Shown piece after piece: positions 1-13,311 of a stretch of 64,000 nucleotides of DNA (within the stretch, counting starts at the first letter, position 1; each line of letters starts with the position of its first letter). The position numbers and the translations under genes were made by a program. This DNA is from Octopus vulgaris (taxonomy: Eukaryota), in NCBI GenBank assembly GCA_951406725.2, contig OX597820.1:91450001-91514000 (forward strand), read 5' to 3'. The notes under the pieces were generated by a model, which saw only the letters and a program-made list of their open reading frames with translations, searched no databases and was not told the DNA's origin.

Positions 1-799
1 TGCTTGATAATTGCAACGATTAAAGTTAGTTTATAATTGGTATGCATTCTCCTTATTAATCGACAGATTATAACAAAGGAAACGCTGAATCTTAGTGGAA
101 CCTTCCTTTTTAAAGTTACAAAGGCTCTACTTTTCCTCATTTTCTCAGAAACAAGAATGCGTTTTCTTTTTTCCATTTGAAAAGTGAAAATAAAAAACCG
201 CCTACAATAGCTAAATGAATAAACTGCCATTACTTTTGAGTTGAGCCGCATTTATACACGAACTAAAGAACGTAAATAGTGGGTGCAATATTTAAATCAA
301 TTCCAACATTTTCGCATTTATACATTGTGCATGTTTGACTTCAAAGGAGTCTGTATATAGAACATATATTTAAATCAATATAATTAACATATTCTAAGGG
401 GTGGTGACTTTCAATGTTTGACTTCTGAATGGTTAACCGCCACTATGCAGTATTATTAAGTGTATTATCCTATTATCGCATCCACCTGTCACAAGTAAGA
501 CAGTTAATACTATGACGAATTAAATACGAGATAGGAGGGTTGAAATAATATGGTAACGAATAGAGGTTTGAGGTGTGGCATAGAGAAGTGTTTTTAGTGC
601 ATTCTTAGAGAGGAGAGTGTTTCTCATATGTAAAGACGGAAACTGCTAGATTATCATATACTATAAAAGTCAAATATAAAATTAAATAAAAGTGTAAAAT
701 GAGAGGAGGCAAAATATATAAATTTCAAATAAAAGTGAATCTATATTTTTCTCGCTTTTATTATCCGCCTCGTCTTACTTTTTGCTTATCTAACTGTTT

Positions 800-860
800 A
801 TCTATCAATCTATCTATCTATCTATTTATCTATATTTTTATCTCTCTATCTCTCTATCTC

Positions 861-923
<63 letters not shown>

Positions 924-960
924 GTCTATCTATCTATGTATCTATCTATGTATCTGTCTA
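800..960. repeat. (TCTA)n microsatellite
   Basis: Directly visible tandem repeat. Confidence 0.95.
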
Positions 961-1851
961 TCAAAACGTGTGTGTATATATGTATGCATGTATGTGTATA
1001 TGTGTGTGTGTGTGCAATATGTATTGATATATACATGCGCTCATTTAGGTAATATGTCATTTTCAACTAGTTAACAGATTGTGCAATTATCTAAGTAAGT
1101 GCCTCAATAATCGTTAGCTAACTCAATCAATCTGTTGGTGAGTCAATATCCTCCCGTCACCATTCAAGATTTTATAAATGATGTAGCTCCGTAGCTATGG
1201 GTCTATCGACGTGTATCCAAAATATATAGTCTGAGTTTCGTTATAGCAGTAATAATTATGAAAGTTATATGCGTGTATGATTTCGAGCGTATGGGCGTAT
1301 GTACGTCTCTTTGAGATTCTACATTGTCTGTTATATTTTCTAGTACCTATATATATTTGGAGAGTACGTGCATAAATGCATTTGCATATCTATAGCATAT
1401 GTGATTAGCCTGTCTTTTACTCATTCGTGTGCATTAGAGCATTTACGCATGTCGTCATGCTTGTTTCTGGTATTCTTGTTTTTATCAAAATGAATTCATA
1501 AACTCAACCACATACATATATATTTATTCTCTCACACACATATCCACCTGCATGCATATGAATATATACACCTATACACATTTCACATATATACAATCAT
1601 ATACAACAAGCACGTGTAGAAGCTCCTCTCCATTTTTATGTCGTAGTCGATCCCTCTTCTAAGTCTATGTATGTATATTTATATGTGTGTATGTATACAC
1701 ACACACACCATACAAACATGTATATATATAACTGTGAAGGGCTGTGTTAAGCAGTGCCGATATTGACAATCCTGTAAATAATAATATATTATATTACAAG
1801 CTTAAAGAAAATAGCCTTATAACCACCCCTCGACGGAAAAAGTACGTTTTC

Positions 1852-1925
1852 CGTATGCATGGGACGCGAACCCACACCTCTTTCTGTAAGCGACTACGTG
1901 CGCTACCGATTACCCTAGCAAACAC
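1852..1925 (-). pseudogene. tRNA-like sequence (tRNA pseudogene or isolated SINE head)
   Basis: The minus strand has an A-box-like TAGGGTAATCGGTAG and a B-box GGTTCGCGTCCC at tRNA-like spacing. The anticodon and acceptor stems pair poorly. Confidence 0.5.
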
Positions 1926-2129
1926 ACCTCTTTTTTTCTGTCAGATCTAAGAATTTTAATTACTTCCCAAAGTTCCTTGTTTCATAAGTATTTACGTGTA
2001 CATGTAGATATACCAATATGCATATTCACTTATACATATTACCATAATGGACTGCTGTTAACCATCCTTAGTTCATCCATATAAGTGAGAAGAAATTATC
2101 TTCTCTCGGATGACGATAGGGTCATTCAG

Positions 2130-3427
2130 AGTTTTACGGATGGGTAATTTCTTCTGGGTCTAGTGTACCTCATGCAGAGATAGCATGCAAACTTACAGAA
2201 ACTTTTTGGTCTCCACCGATATTGCAGTTGCACTCACGATATTTGAGTAAGTCACGTTATAGGTTTCTATCAAAAGTACCAACTGACCAACTGAAATTGC
2301 ATCAGAAACTTTGCTACTATGCAAAAGAACACATTGGATACTGCGTTTACAACAATCTCCGTTGTATTTGGTTATACTGAACAATGCCTAACTCTGTGAG
2401 AAGGCCTAAAGTGTCGTGGCAGTAAACAAATTGCTGTCTTCTGAAAAAATGTCCAGAAAAATTTGCTCTTGCATTTGGAAATATGAAACTTTGGCAGAGA
2501 ATTTAAGAGCAATTTCTTTTTGCTATCATTTAGAGAGAAGGTTAATAGTTCTGATGTTTCCTGAGGAGTGACAAATCATTTACTAAGTCGTTCAGTTCCG
2601 CCTGACTAAAGAAAATGAGGAGTTCAGGATGTTTTGACATCAGATTAGGAGTCTTCGGAATCTGAGACCATTACTTCAAACTCCAGTTCAGATTTACTGT
2701 TTTCATCTTCAGAGGAGGCATAACAATTAAAACCTCAGAATGAGGAATAGGTCAAAATTCAAAGATAATATTTGGATAGGAGATCTTATGCCGGTTTTTC
2801 CTCACCATGTCTGTAGTGTTAACTAGCCAAAATAGCATTCAGGTATGGGTGTTTTGGATTCAGCCAAGCCATAGGGACTCCTAATGGAGTCCATAGGGTC
2901 CTTTTCCTTTTCTTGTTGTCCAGTAACGAAGCCCTTCCTTGCATTTATGACATGCAGCACGTGGAAACCACTTCTTAGTATCCAAGGTGAACGTCAAAAT
3001 AGGACTCAAAGATACGCCTCACAAACATTTTTGCTTTTGACGAACACCTTAGTTGTAGCAACATATATAATATAATCCATTGGGATCATTTATACTTGAA
3101 AAAAGCATGCAAAAATCAAAATTCCCTACAAGTATACCAATTTCGGAAAGATCATAAATTTCTTGTTGCAGAAATGTTAGTACATGCAAGCAAAAATAGA
3201 TTTTAAATTTGTAATCAGTGTTAGAAAACTGCTTAAATTCAGTTGAAAAATCCCATGCAACAGCAAATGAGAAAAAAATATTTCCCTACTGCTTTAGTTG
3301 TGACTTCTGGATATCAACTAACTTATCTAGATCAAAAACTTCCATTCTTCAAATTACGGAGCTCGGCAATTTTTACGCTAGAGATTAGCAAGTTATCGAA
3401 GGTAATAAAATCTTCATGATCCCATGG
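2130..3427 (-). mobile_element. Degraded Chapaev3-like DNA transposon (transposase relic)
   Basis: Frameshifted minus-strand peptides occur in order: NDPNGLYYIC, FVRRIFESYFDVHLG..KKWFPRAACHKCKEGLRYWT, GVPMAWL...ECYF, KRSIQCVLLH...IETY and ACYLC. These match the family pattern FCYICG / DQDKxWAPHxxCxxC / PMxWREPxNHxxDCYFC / SLKxVLLH / PCFLC. The superfamily name is from recall. Confidence 0.7.
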
Positions 3428-5119
3428 AATTTAAAGAGTGAATGTTACCAACTTGGAAGATAAAGATAACAAGACCTGACTATATAAAATAATATTATCT
3501 TAATAGCTTTCCATTGGGGAGATGACCAGTCAAAATAAAGTCTAAAATTCTCTTTAAGAATAGAATAACATTTATCGATAGCCTAAAAGAAATATAGTAT
3601 TTCGTATATATAGAATATTCTTAATGCTTTTAAGATGTGAAACTTTAAACGCTAAACAGTAGAACACTTTAGCATTTATTCACTTATGAAATTTTTTCAT
3701 CTCTATATTTTAGTGAAAACTTATATTTCGAGTTTGTCTGCGAAAATGATGCATAAGCATTCTAACTTTATGCTCACATGTTTAGAGCAACCCTTCATAT
3801 CTAAATATATTTTATCTCTCTTGCAATGTTCCTCTTCAATTTTCTCCTCAAATGAGCAAAATAAAAATATAACAGTGCAATATGTTAGGTTAGAGATATT
3901 GACTTCTCAAGCCTTGAACCGGTTCACTTCATGGTAATGGTTTTCATTCTTTTTCTCCGTTTCAAGGTATATATTTTCCTTATTTGGGATCTTAACCTCA
4001 GTTAATAGTTACACAGAAAAATGATTTTACACTGAGTATGAAAATGCAATGATAGAAACTGCATCGTGCGTAAATCTTACATGTCCGAAACAATAACAGT
4101 CGGAAAAAACTTTTACTTGAAATCATTATCTTTATTTTTGCTTAAAAATATATATTATATGTGTATGATGCACGAAATACGTTTATTATTAACAAAATAG
4201 CTTGTGATAATCAGTATGTAGGTACATTATATTCATTTAGAGAAATATTATTTCAGACTGCAGCATAAGTGAGAAGTATCTACTATGCTTGATACGTCTA
4301 ATATTGCTACACTTAAAGGATGAAATAGCAATTTATATTTTTATGAACAGTTTAGAAAGCAATATCTATGCAAGTGTATTGCGTATAACAGTCATAAAGC
4401 AAATGCTGTATTGATAATAATGGGGAAAATATTCATGTAAAGTTACAAAAAATGTAATCAAATTGCTGTAGGGGATGGAAAATATCATCATATGATTTGA
4501 ATGCACTGGAATTGATTATAAATATCATCACTGCAGCTGAGGTTAAATGTATGAGAGGAACGTTTGTCACATTGTTAGGTAATTCGGTAGGGGTACACGT
4601 ATGAGCTGAAAAACAGAAATCATCTGAATTTATACAAGAAATTAGTTATTAAAATTTCCGTTGGGGTTATATTTAAAATAAATCAGGAAGTGAAGCAACT
4701 CCATCATGTTCAGTTCATGGAAATAGCTGAACAATGTATAGGATATAGAATGAAGTAGATCTGTTCCACAAGTTAACTCTTTTGCTGTTTAGCTTCCTAG
4801 AAACTAGTAATTGCTTCGATACTTTCAAAGATTTACAACTCCCTATATTACATATATTAGTATCCACCGTTTTCCTAATTAGTAAACAGAAAAATATTCT
4901 GAGTAACTATTCCCAATTCATCCCATTTAAATGAGTAACAACTAATTCTTTATACATCATTAAATAAACAGGCTTAGATTCTTGAGAGCCAAATGTAAAT
5001 ATGAAATATATTTTAATGATTATAAAAAACATGAAAGCAGTTACCGTCATTTTCGTCAGTATGTATGAATGCATACTTATGTATATATATGTGTGTATAT
5101 ATGTATATATATGTGTGTA

Positions 5120-5192
<73 letters not shown>

Positions 5193-5470
5193 ATATATGC
5201 ATGCAAAAATACATATAGTCTAAATACATTGCGTTATTGTTCTGCAGTATATTACATTTAATCTCATTATCAGAATATGTTATTTGATAGAAATAAACTT
5301 TTCCCTCGTTCCCATAAGGAATTTGAACCGACTTGAAGTGTATGTATGTTATGTTGGATGTCTGCTTCTTGCAATCCATATTCCATGTTCACTTAACTTT
5401 TTTCATTCAAGAGTTAAAAAATAGCAGCGTCATATCTAGAATCACCTTGATCATGGGTCTGCCTTATAAT

Positions 5471-6448
5471 TACTGATCAGAACGTTAACAACAAAAAAGA
5501 ACCTATTTACATTTTACTGTGTTATTGGGAATCAATATATCTTCTCTGCAATTAATTAATTTATTACCTCTATCACCTCGTTCTAGGTTATATGCCACTG
5601 TGTGGTAATTTGAACAAGTATATTTTACCGAAGTGTCTGGTTGACACAAGCTTTGCGATTAAAGTTTGCTTAACAGCACTACTTTGTCCTTGGGTTCGTC
5701 TGCGGGAGCCAAACTTTTTGAAGAATACACCAGCCTGTTGCATGGCTTCTTCATTCGTTTCTTCATTTGTCTAGGAAAACCAAGAGGTTAGCATGGGTAC
5801 AGTTGCGCTTCGTTGACTAAGCTACGTAACGAACATGCGATACTTCGGTGGCTGGTCCACAAGCTGATTATGAAGTAGGGAACATCAATCTTCTATGAAG
5901 TGTAGAAGTACTACAGAAATCATTGTAATGGCAATATATTTAAATTTCTTCAATAATATTATATAGGACACTGGTGTCAAAGCTTTTAACCGAATGAGAC
6001 AAAACGAGCAGAAATTAAATGAGCGCATTTTTTATACGAAGCAATATCCATTCCGGATTACAAATACAGAAATATGCAAATGACTTACCTATGGGAGATT
6101 ACTCAGAATTGTGTGTTTGAGGCATTTTATGCTTCTTTTGGAAATTTGATGCTTCTTTTGGTCGGTATTGCAACATAAGTATTGGAACCGAATCGTTATA
6201 GTGTTTGAGAAACGAAGTATATATCATTCAGCTGCAGTCCTGTCAAAACACGCAAGTGAGACAGTCATTGGAAAATATATCAAAGATAGCTTCTAGGTGA
6301 TGGGCATATTGTTATCTGCTGATGGAGTTTATATATCAGTCGTTATTTAGAATAAGATGCAATTTCATTTAGGAACGGCAATTAGTGTACCAAGAAAATT
6401 ATATAATCCATTTTATAGAATATTTATTTTAATATATTATATGCAGTG
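5471..6448 (+). mobile_element. Possible non-autonomous DNA transposon remnant (Chapaev3-like ends)
   Basis: The right end GCAGTG and the sub-terminal CTATCACCTCGTTCTAG resemble Chapaev3-type termini. No clean TIR pair or coding motif is visible. Confidence 0.25.
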
Positions 6449-6588
6449 TTCGTTGTTCCTCGGGGTTTATAGAGTGAATCAGTACGACTTGCTTTTCTCA
6501 CATAGGATGATGTTCCCTGTATAAAATTTCAGATACCTTGGTACAAATCGAGCTGCAACATGTATTGGTACACAAAACGTACATCACG

Positions 6589-6589
<1 letters not shown>

Positions 6590-6648
<59 letters not shown>

Positions 6649-6722
6649 ACACACACACACATACACACACACATACATACACACAAACACACACGCGAAC
6701 ACATTCGCTCCCTACACACACA
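6590..6722. repeat. (CA)n microsatellite
   Basis: Directly visible; one of dozens of (TA)n/(CA)n tracts in the window. Confidence 0.95.
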
Positions 6723-6733
6723 CGTATAAATAT

Positions 6734-7020
6734 GGAGGTGCGTGGTTTAGTGGTTAGCGTATTCGGCTCACGATCGCTAGATGCTGAGTTCGATTCTCGG
6801 TGGCACATTGTCTTCTCGAGCAAGACACTTTATTTCACGTTACTCCAGTAGACTCAGCTGGTAAAAAAATGAGTAGTGTGACACGCCGAATTTTCCTGAG
6901 AACTACATTAAGATTACGCTTGTCTGTGAAGTGCTCAGCCAGTCGTACGTTAATTCATGAGCCAGGTGTTCTCTTGATCACATCAACATGAACTCATGTT
7001 GCCGTAACCGACAGAGTGTC
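6734..7020 (+). mobile_element. tRNA-derived SINE family A (tRNA head + CORE-like block + Nin/Deu-like body)
   Basis: A box TGGTTTAGTGG, B box GAGTTCGATTC, then GAGCAAGACACTTTATTTCACGTT. The body recurs at about 16955-17132 and 57820-58115. Confidence 0.85.
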
Positions 7021-7054
7021 GGTCAGAGAGAGATGGAGAGAGAGACAGACCAAC

Positions 7055-7085
<31 letters not shown>

Positions 7086-9639
7086 AAGAAAGAAAGAAAA
7101 TATGAAGGAAAGAAAGAGAGAAAGAAAGAGGGAGATGGAAAGACGTTCTGTTGAGAAAAGCGAAGGCTAGAATGGTTTTTGATGTTCTGTAATTAACTCA
7201 CCGGTAGCAACTGATTGAGAGCGCAAAGATACGTGACAAGCTATACGGAGTTAGGAGGTGATAGGGCCAAAAACAAAAACTTGGTGAAATAGAAAACAAA
7301 TTAGAAGAGGAAGAGTAATTATGCAAGAAGTTGAAATAGAGAAAAAAAATGAATGTATGACTATGTTAAGAGTGGCTGAAGTAGATAGCTGTCACACAAG
7401 CGAAAGTCACGGTGTAGTTTTTCAATCAGGTATGTAAGGAGACTCCTTGTATATGAGTTAAAGGTTACACTCTCTTTCCGTGTGTCACAGTGTGATGTAG
7501 TCTAGGACGTGTGATTCTTTGCTATTGCTGATTTGGGTGCACTGTTACATTTTATTTATCTGAGATTTTTGAGTGGCGGCGCAGTTGTTGAGGACTAAAA
7601 TATTAATGAATGCTTGTCTTTCGACTGCACATATTACCATATCGTAGATATGAAATATGTCGGAATCATAAGCTATGATTTTGAGGCCTAGCATTTGTAA
7701 CGGTTTTTCTCGTTTTGGTTGCTTGTTGTCTTTTTCGAAAACTATTCTCATGCAGCTATAGATTACAAGTAGATGCCTTCGCTGAGGTTCATAATGTACG
7801 CAGTGAAGAGAGCTCACGGTATAACTAAATATTTCATAAGGATCTTCAGCTCATGCTGACAAGAAGCTTCGTCACAGTAAAGAGTTTCATGAAGTCCCAA
7901 AAGGACGGCAAGACAAAAGATTTTCATATTACAAAGGGGAACTTCCGGATCGTGGGTGACATAGAGTTATCATTCTACGGTGCATCGGTCACTGCATAGG
8001 TGACTCGATCTGTTGGACAGAGGTATGTTTACAACTGCTCTCATCATACTTATACTGTTCGAAATAAGTATAACTGGCCGATATTAGGTAGAGTCAAAAG
8101 AACATTTTGTCCGTGTCTAGTGGTAGTTATAATGTGTAAATAACGCCTGTGTGTTCAATAACCGTGAAGAATTAGTTGCTTAACGATCGGATGGGACGAA
8201 GCAGTTATCGAACGACCAGTATCCAAATAAAGTGCTTAGATAATATCATAAATACATGACCTCATGAGTAGACCGAGATATATCGATTTCAGTGTATTTA
8301 CTGTTTTGACAATACATTAAAAATTCTTGTTTTAGCTTCTCTTTCACTGTATAATCTCTGTGTTCACACACACTTTGTCTTAAAATTCATCTTATTATTC
8401 AGTGGTAATAGACATCGAAGCCGGCCAACACTAATACTTCTGATGTAGATCAATTCTGAACTTGAATATCTGAAGATGCATCCTTGAAAAGTTTTTGCAG
8501 AATGCAGTGCCCAGAGTATACCAGTTTTTTAGTTTGGAGTTTAATAGATAGAAACTTCTACTAGGACTGATAACGAGTGGAGCGAGTGGCGACGATTTTT
8601 ATGGTAAATATATAGCGAGATCAGAGGAATACAAACAGATAAGGCTACGTGCAACAGTAATGTTAATATTTGTTGACGACTGTAGAAATGTGATAAGTAA
8701 ATGCTCATACATTGAATAAACTGTGATTTATTAGATTCTTAATATTTCAATGATGTAATCTCTATACATTATATTCATACGCGCAAGCACACACAGGCAC
8801 GTGCGCGCACGCACATGTCATTATCGTGATATAATGAGCCGATATTAGACTGTATATAGAAGACAAATAAAAATTCTTAAAATCATGCTATTAGTAAGTT
8901 GCTCTCTTACTAAAACATGCTGCTATCAAACCGGATTTTAATTTTTCTCCTAAGTCATCTATGTTATTTCTCAAGTTAATTATGTTTTAAGAGTCATATA
9001 TAAAAACAAAACTTAAAACTTAAATTATAATTACATCCGTTTCAAATTTAATGCATCATTACTTTCACCATTACTTGCAAACGAATGATGATGTCAGATC
9101 TGCATGAGCAATCACACACGCATGCAATTATACACACTATAAATGATATATGATATATATATTATATGTATGTATATATGTACATATAAATGTATATGTG
9201 TGTGTACATACATGCATATATATGCACATACGCACACACTCACTCATTCACTCACACACATATATATATATGTACGCATAAGGGTGTCCCGTTTTACGGA
9301 TCAAAACTTTTTCTGACTGTACCATTGTCTTGCATGGTGCCAGTGGATGAAAACATTTGGTATACACAGTGACAGAGCTATAAAATTAGTTTTTGTGACT
9401 TCACAAGCCTCTTGTATTTGAAAAATTGGCTATTTTTATTGTGCTTGTATAGTGTCAAATCGAAAGGCATCCGTTTAATGTTTGTTTCGTAAGTCTCATA
9501 CGGATCTAAATTATGCTAGAAGATTATGGTGCAAACGTAAATCTCATTTCTAATAATTTTATAACAAGCACAAAGTTAGACAGTTGACTAAAAATCTTAC
9601 AATATACCATGTTGAACAGCCATGAATAGGAAAGAACAA

Positions 9640-9930
9640 GGGAACCCTCCACTTGCACAATAGAAAAAGAAGCTTAAACAGCAACCTCCTGGTACTTACT
9701 TGCTAGCCCCTGTACTTAGTCACGGCCATCTTTATGTGGCCTTACTTCGTACAAGAGGGAAAGAAAACTTTAAAATTCTTTTGAAGGAAAGAAGCAGTCA
9801 AGAGATGTTAATTACGGATAGATTTTTCATTTAAAAAAATTGGAAATAGAAGTATTATTAAACTGAAAACTTGGTTTTTACCTTATTTATATATAAAATA
9901 TTACACTGAGCCGTCACTTTTGACTGCTAG
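9640..9930 (+). mobile_element. Helitron 3' remnant with PIF1-helicase motif
   Basis: 9709-9780 reads PVLSHGHLYVALLRTRGKENFKIL, matching the Helitron/PIF1 motif PVFSHGQLYVALSR. It is followed by the hairpin GCCGTCA-cttt-TGACTGC and a terminal CTAG|T at 9927-9931. Confidence 0.6.
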
Positions 9931-10005
9931 TGCATATATATCATACATATACATATATGTATTCAAATATATATATGTTTGTATATGTGTTTATGTATAG
10001 TGCAA

Positions 10006-10342
10006 GTAAAGGGTAAATACCCCCTTCGGTCATGAATGACCATGGGATTGCACCTAGAAAGTTACCCTCCTAGACACAAGTCCGGGCAAGGTTGTTTATG
10101 GAAGGCCAGCAGTCGCCCATGCATACCAGCCTCCCCTCTCCACGCCACCAGTGTTATCCAAGGGAAAGACAAAGGTCGATACAGCTTGGCACCAGTGACG
10201 TCGCAACTCATTTCTACAGCTGAGTGAACTGGAACAACGTGAAATAAAGTGCCTTGCTCAAGAACACAACACGCAGCCCGGTCCGGGATTCGAGCTCACA
10301 ACCTCACGATCGTAAGCTCGACGCTCTAACCACTGAGCCATG
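10006..10342 (-). mobile_element. tRNA(Arg-ACG-like)-derived CORE-type SINE family B, full length
   Basis: The minus-strand head is TGGCTCAGTGGTTAGAGCG...CTTACGATC...CTCGAATCC, followed by TTGAGCAAGGCACTTTATTTC and a TTTACCCTTTAC tail. A very similar copy lies at 16034-16367. Confidence 0.9.
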
Positions 10343-11118
10343 ATACACACAAGCATAGTTACACAAACAAATAATTGTTCATTGAAGAGGAGAAAGTATT
10401 CACATGATGTTACTCAAGTTTCACGTAACCGTTCATCAGACAATTGTGGTTGTGTTAACAGAAAGGAATTTAAAGATTTCAAGATATCAAGTATATGCAA
10501 GTGTTCATGGATACGAATTCAAGCAATAAGAATTTGAATTTGATTTAGCAGCTGCTAATTTAAAATAACAGTGTAATGGGATTGACGCAACGGAAAAGTT
10601 TAAAATGTTGGCGAGTTGAAAAAGTATAAATAAAATATATATTGTAGGTGCGGTTGAAAAGCACAAGGAGAAGATAGACTATATCAAGAATAAGTAATTG
10701 CTAGTAAAGAAAATAGAATATGATAGTAAAGTGATAATTAAAATAAAAATCTATAGTTGAAATTAAAACTAATAAACTACAAATAATTAGAGAAAGACAA
10801 GAAAAAGAAATAGAGAAACAAATCACTGTGAGACAGAAAGAGAAGGAGAGAACAGAGAAAAAAATCTTCTTTCATCTAATTGTACACCGTTGATTTAAGA
10901 GTAGTGGCCGAATAAGCTTTGAATGCGCATTTGTTAAGTTGGTGTCACTGAAAACTAAAGTATACTCACAATTTGATTGACGGTTACGTGAAACTGTAAG
11001 TAGCAATTTGTGAAGTATTTTCGGCTTCAGTAACTCTATTTTTTGTCACCTTATTCTGCTCATATTTTCTTACTTGTGGGCAAATACTTACATACACATA
11101 CATACACGCACACATACA

Positions 11119-11181
<63 letters not shown>

Positions 11182-11240
11182 CATACATAATACATATATA
11201 TATATACATACATACATAATACATATATATATATATATAT

Positions 11241-11540
11241 GAAAGAAGGTTTGAAAATGCAATTTTAAAAGATGTTTATTCACTTGACCGGTTTCCTTTT
11301 TTTAGCAAAAGATTGTCAAAAGTAACATGTAAAAGCCTTATTGTTTTTGTTACTGGTTGTCACAAAATATTACAATACATATATACATTCCTTGATAATA
11401 ATATGTTAAAACAGTTTATAGAAAAAATTACTAAAAAGTTCATAAAGAATATTGGGATTTCATTAGAAATCATTTTTGTTTGGAAGTATCTATATATACA
11501 CACAGAAAATTATAAGTTCAAAAAGGTCATATTTTGGTAG
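11241..11540 (-). mobile_element. Solo PLE pseudo-LTR-like repeat in a (TA)n tract, carrying a hammerhead motif
   Basis: Non-coding block that starts at a TA tract and contains the ribozyme motif at 11280-11325. Confidence 0.5.
11280..11325 (-). ncRNA. Minimal type I hammerhead ribozyme, U3-A8 core variant
   Basis: Minus strand: TTACTT-TTGACAA-TCTTTTGCTAAAAAAAG-GAAA-CCGGTC-AAGTGA. Stem I is TTACTT/AAGTGA, stem III is the palindrome ACCGGT, and the site is GUC. Stem II is weak and AU-rich. Confidence 0.65.
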
Positions 11541-11843
11541 TGTATATATGTACAACGATCAAATGAGTAAACTTAACAATAATGTACCTATAATGTAAAC
11601 GGGAAACAGCTTGAATACAAATTTGCTGACCATTTCTTTTATGTATCACTCTGTGAAAAAGCTAGTTTGTCTGTAGCCCATCCACGGATTGACAATATAG
11701 AATTGTAACATAGGAACCTCCCACAAGATTACCTGGAGTTCTTCACTAATCTAAGTAATATTCTTAGACTGGTCTGCTAAAAGGGAGTTCATGAAGTATT
11801 TAAACCGGATTGATAATCCTTCGATATTTGTTCTATATACATG

Positions 11844-11914
<71 letters not shown>

Positions 11915-12777
11915 ACAAGTGCATTCAACGTGCCCTTCAACTTAACATCAAGGAACTGAAACATCCCAAATCAAAGAAAAACTTACCACTAAAAGCCCTA
12001 CCATACATCTCCACACACAACCCTCTCAATAACGAAGCCTTCGGCACCATCCTCCACAACATACCCCTCCTAAAAAAAGACCACAAAATGAACACAATCA
12101 TCCAAACACACACGATCATAAAAAGCAAGAGACAGCCTAAATCCATGAAAAGTCTCCTAACACAAGCCCGAATTCACTCTTCAACACAGAAGCCGACAGT
12201 AAAAAAATGTAGAAGACCCAATTGCGGGATATGCGACTATCTAATTGAGGGATCAGAGTTCTCCTTCAAACAGGGACAACGGTTTACAGTGAAAAGCAAC
12301 TTCACATGTGCTTCGGAGAACCTAATATACTCACTAACCTGCTCCGGGTGTCAAGAGCAGTACGTAGACCAAACAAAAAATAGTTTGCGTAAAAGAATGG
12401 CCCTGCACAGATCCCAGATAAAAATTCCCCAAAACAGAAAATAGCCTTCAGCCAACACATAGATACTTGCGCCAACAACAAAACACCAGGCTTCAGGATT
12501 TTCCCCCTCTACCAATTTAGGGACGATACAACTTTGAGACAACGAATAAGTAAAGAAACTCTCTTTATTACAAAATACAGGCCACTTCTTAACGGGTCTA
12601 CGACAAACGATTAATATACCTCAACTTTAGAATAAAAGAAATATACACACACAAATATTACATTCCAAAGAATCCATTACTAATCAGCCACAATCACTGC
12701 TATAATCCATAACATGCCAACTTCAAGTCATACAACACCTCACTACTTTCACCCATTCATATTCTCCCTTCTCTGTT

Positions 12778-12888
12778 TTCTTCTTCTTCCTCTTCTTCTT
12801 CATCATCATCATTATCATCATCATCGTCATCATCATCACCACCATCATCATCATCATCTTCTTCTTCTCCTTCTCCTTCCTCTTCTTC

Positions 12889-12919
<31 letters not shown>

Positions 12920-12955
12920 ACATCGTCATCTTCTTCTTCTTCTTCTTCTTCTTCT
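12778..12955. repeat. Compound (CTT)n/(CAT)n microsatellite inside the PLE 3' region
   Basis: Directly visible tandem repeat. Confidence 0.95.
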
Positions 12956-13311
12956 GCTCCACCTTCTACCTCTTAACTTTATCACTAATGCTTTTTAGTA
13001 AAACACCTACGCAAATTCCATAAACAAATCTCTCAATAGAAATATTCTCCTGAATTGAACTGCAACTGCTAGCCGTCACTGACCATTCAAAATACAACAA
13101 TCAAGGCACTCCCAAATTTTTCCACCCCTCTCCTCTTCAGCCTTCTTCTTCTTCTGCCCTACCAAGAATTCACAACGACCTCGAACACACAAGTGCAAAC
13201 AAGGGAGTCAGAGAAAGGCAGAATGCCACTTATATTTGAACACTACTATACAAATATTCCTTTAAAAAAACTTTTCTTCTAATTTTTCTAAATTTAATTA
13301 TTTACTCGTTA

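Noticed and set aside
8525-8620. Merlin/IS1595-like transposase fragment (LIDR motif)
   Set aside because: Too short and stop-ridden to support by eye.
10036-10227. Repeated small ORF (also at 15985-16197) suggesting a gene family
   Set aside because: Both are antisense readings of SINE family B copies.
10270-10342. Functional tRNA-Arg gene
   Set aside because: The A and B boxes run directly into a SINE body and the acceptor stem does not pair, so it is a SINE head.
10945-11002. CTGAAAA...GAAACTGTA as a hammerhead
   Set aside because: The 3-8 pair is mismatched and there is no convincing stem I or stem II.
11791-11911. N-terminal part of the 217-aa ORF as a real gene start
   Set aside because: The ATG and YIYI run come from flanking DNA and a TA tract that happen to be in frame with a truncated PLE endonuclease region.
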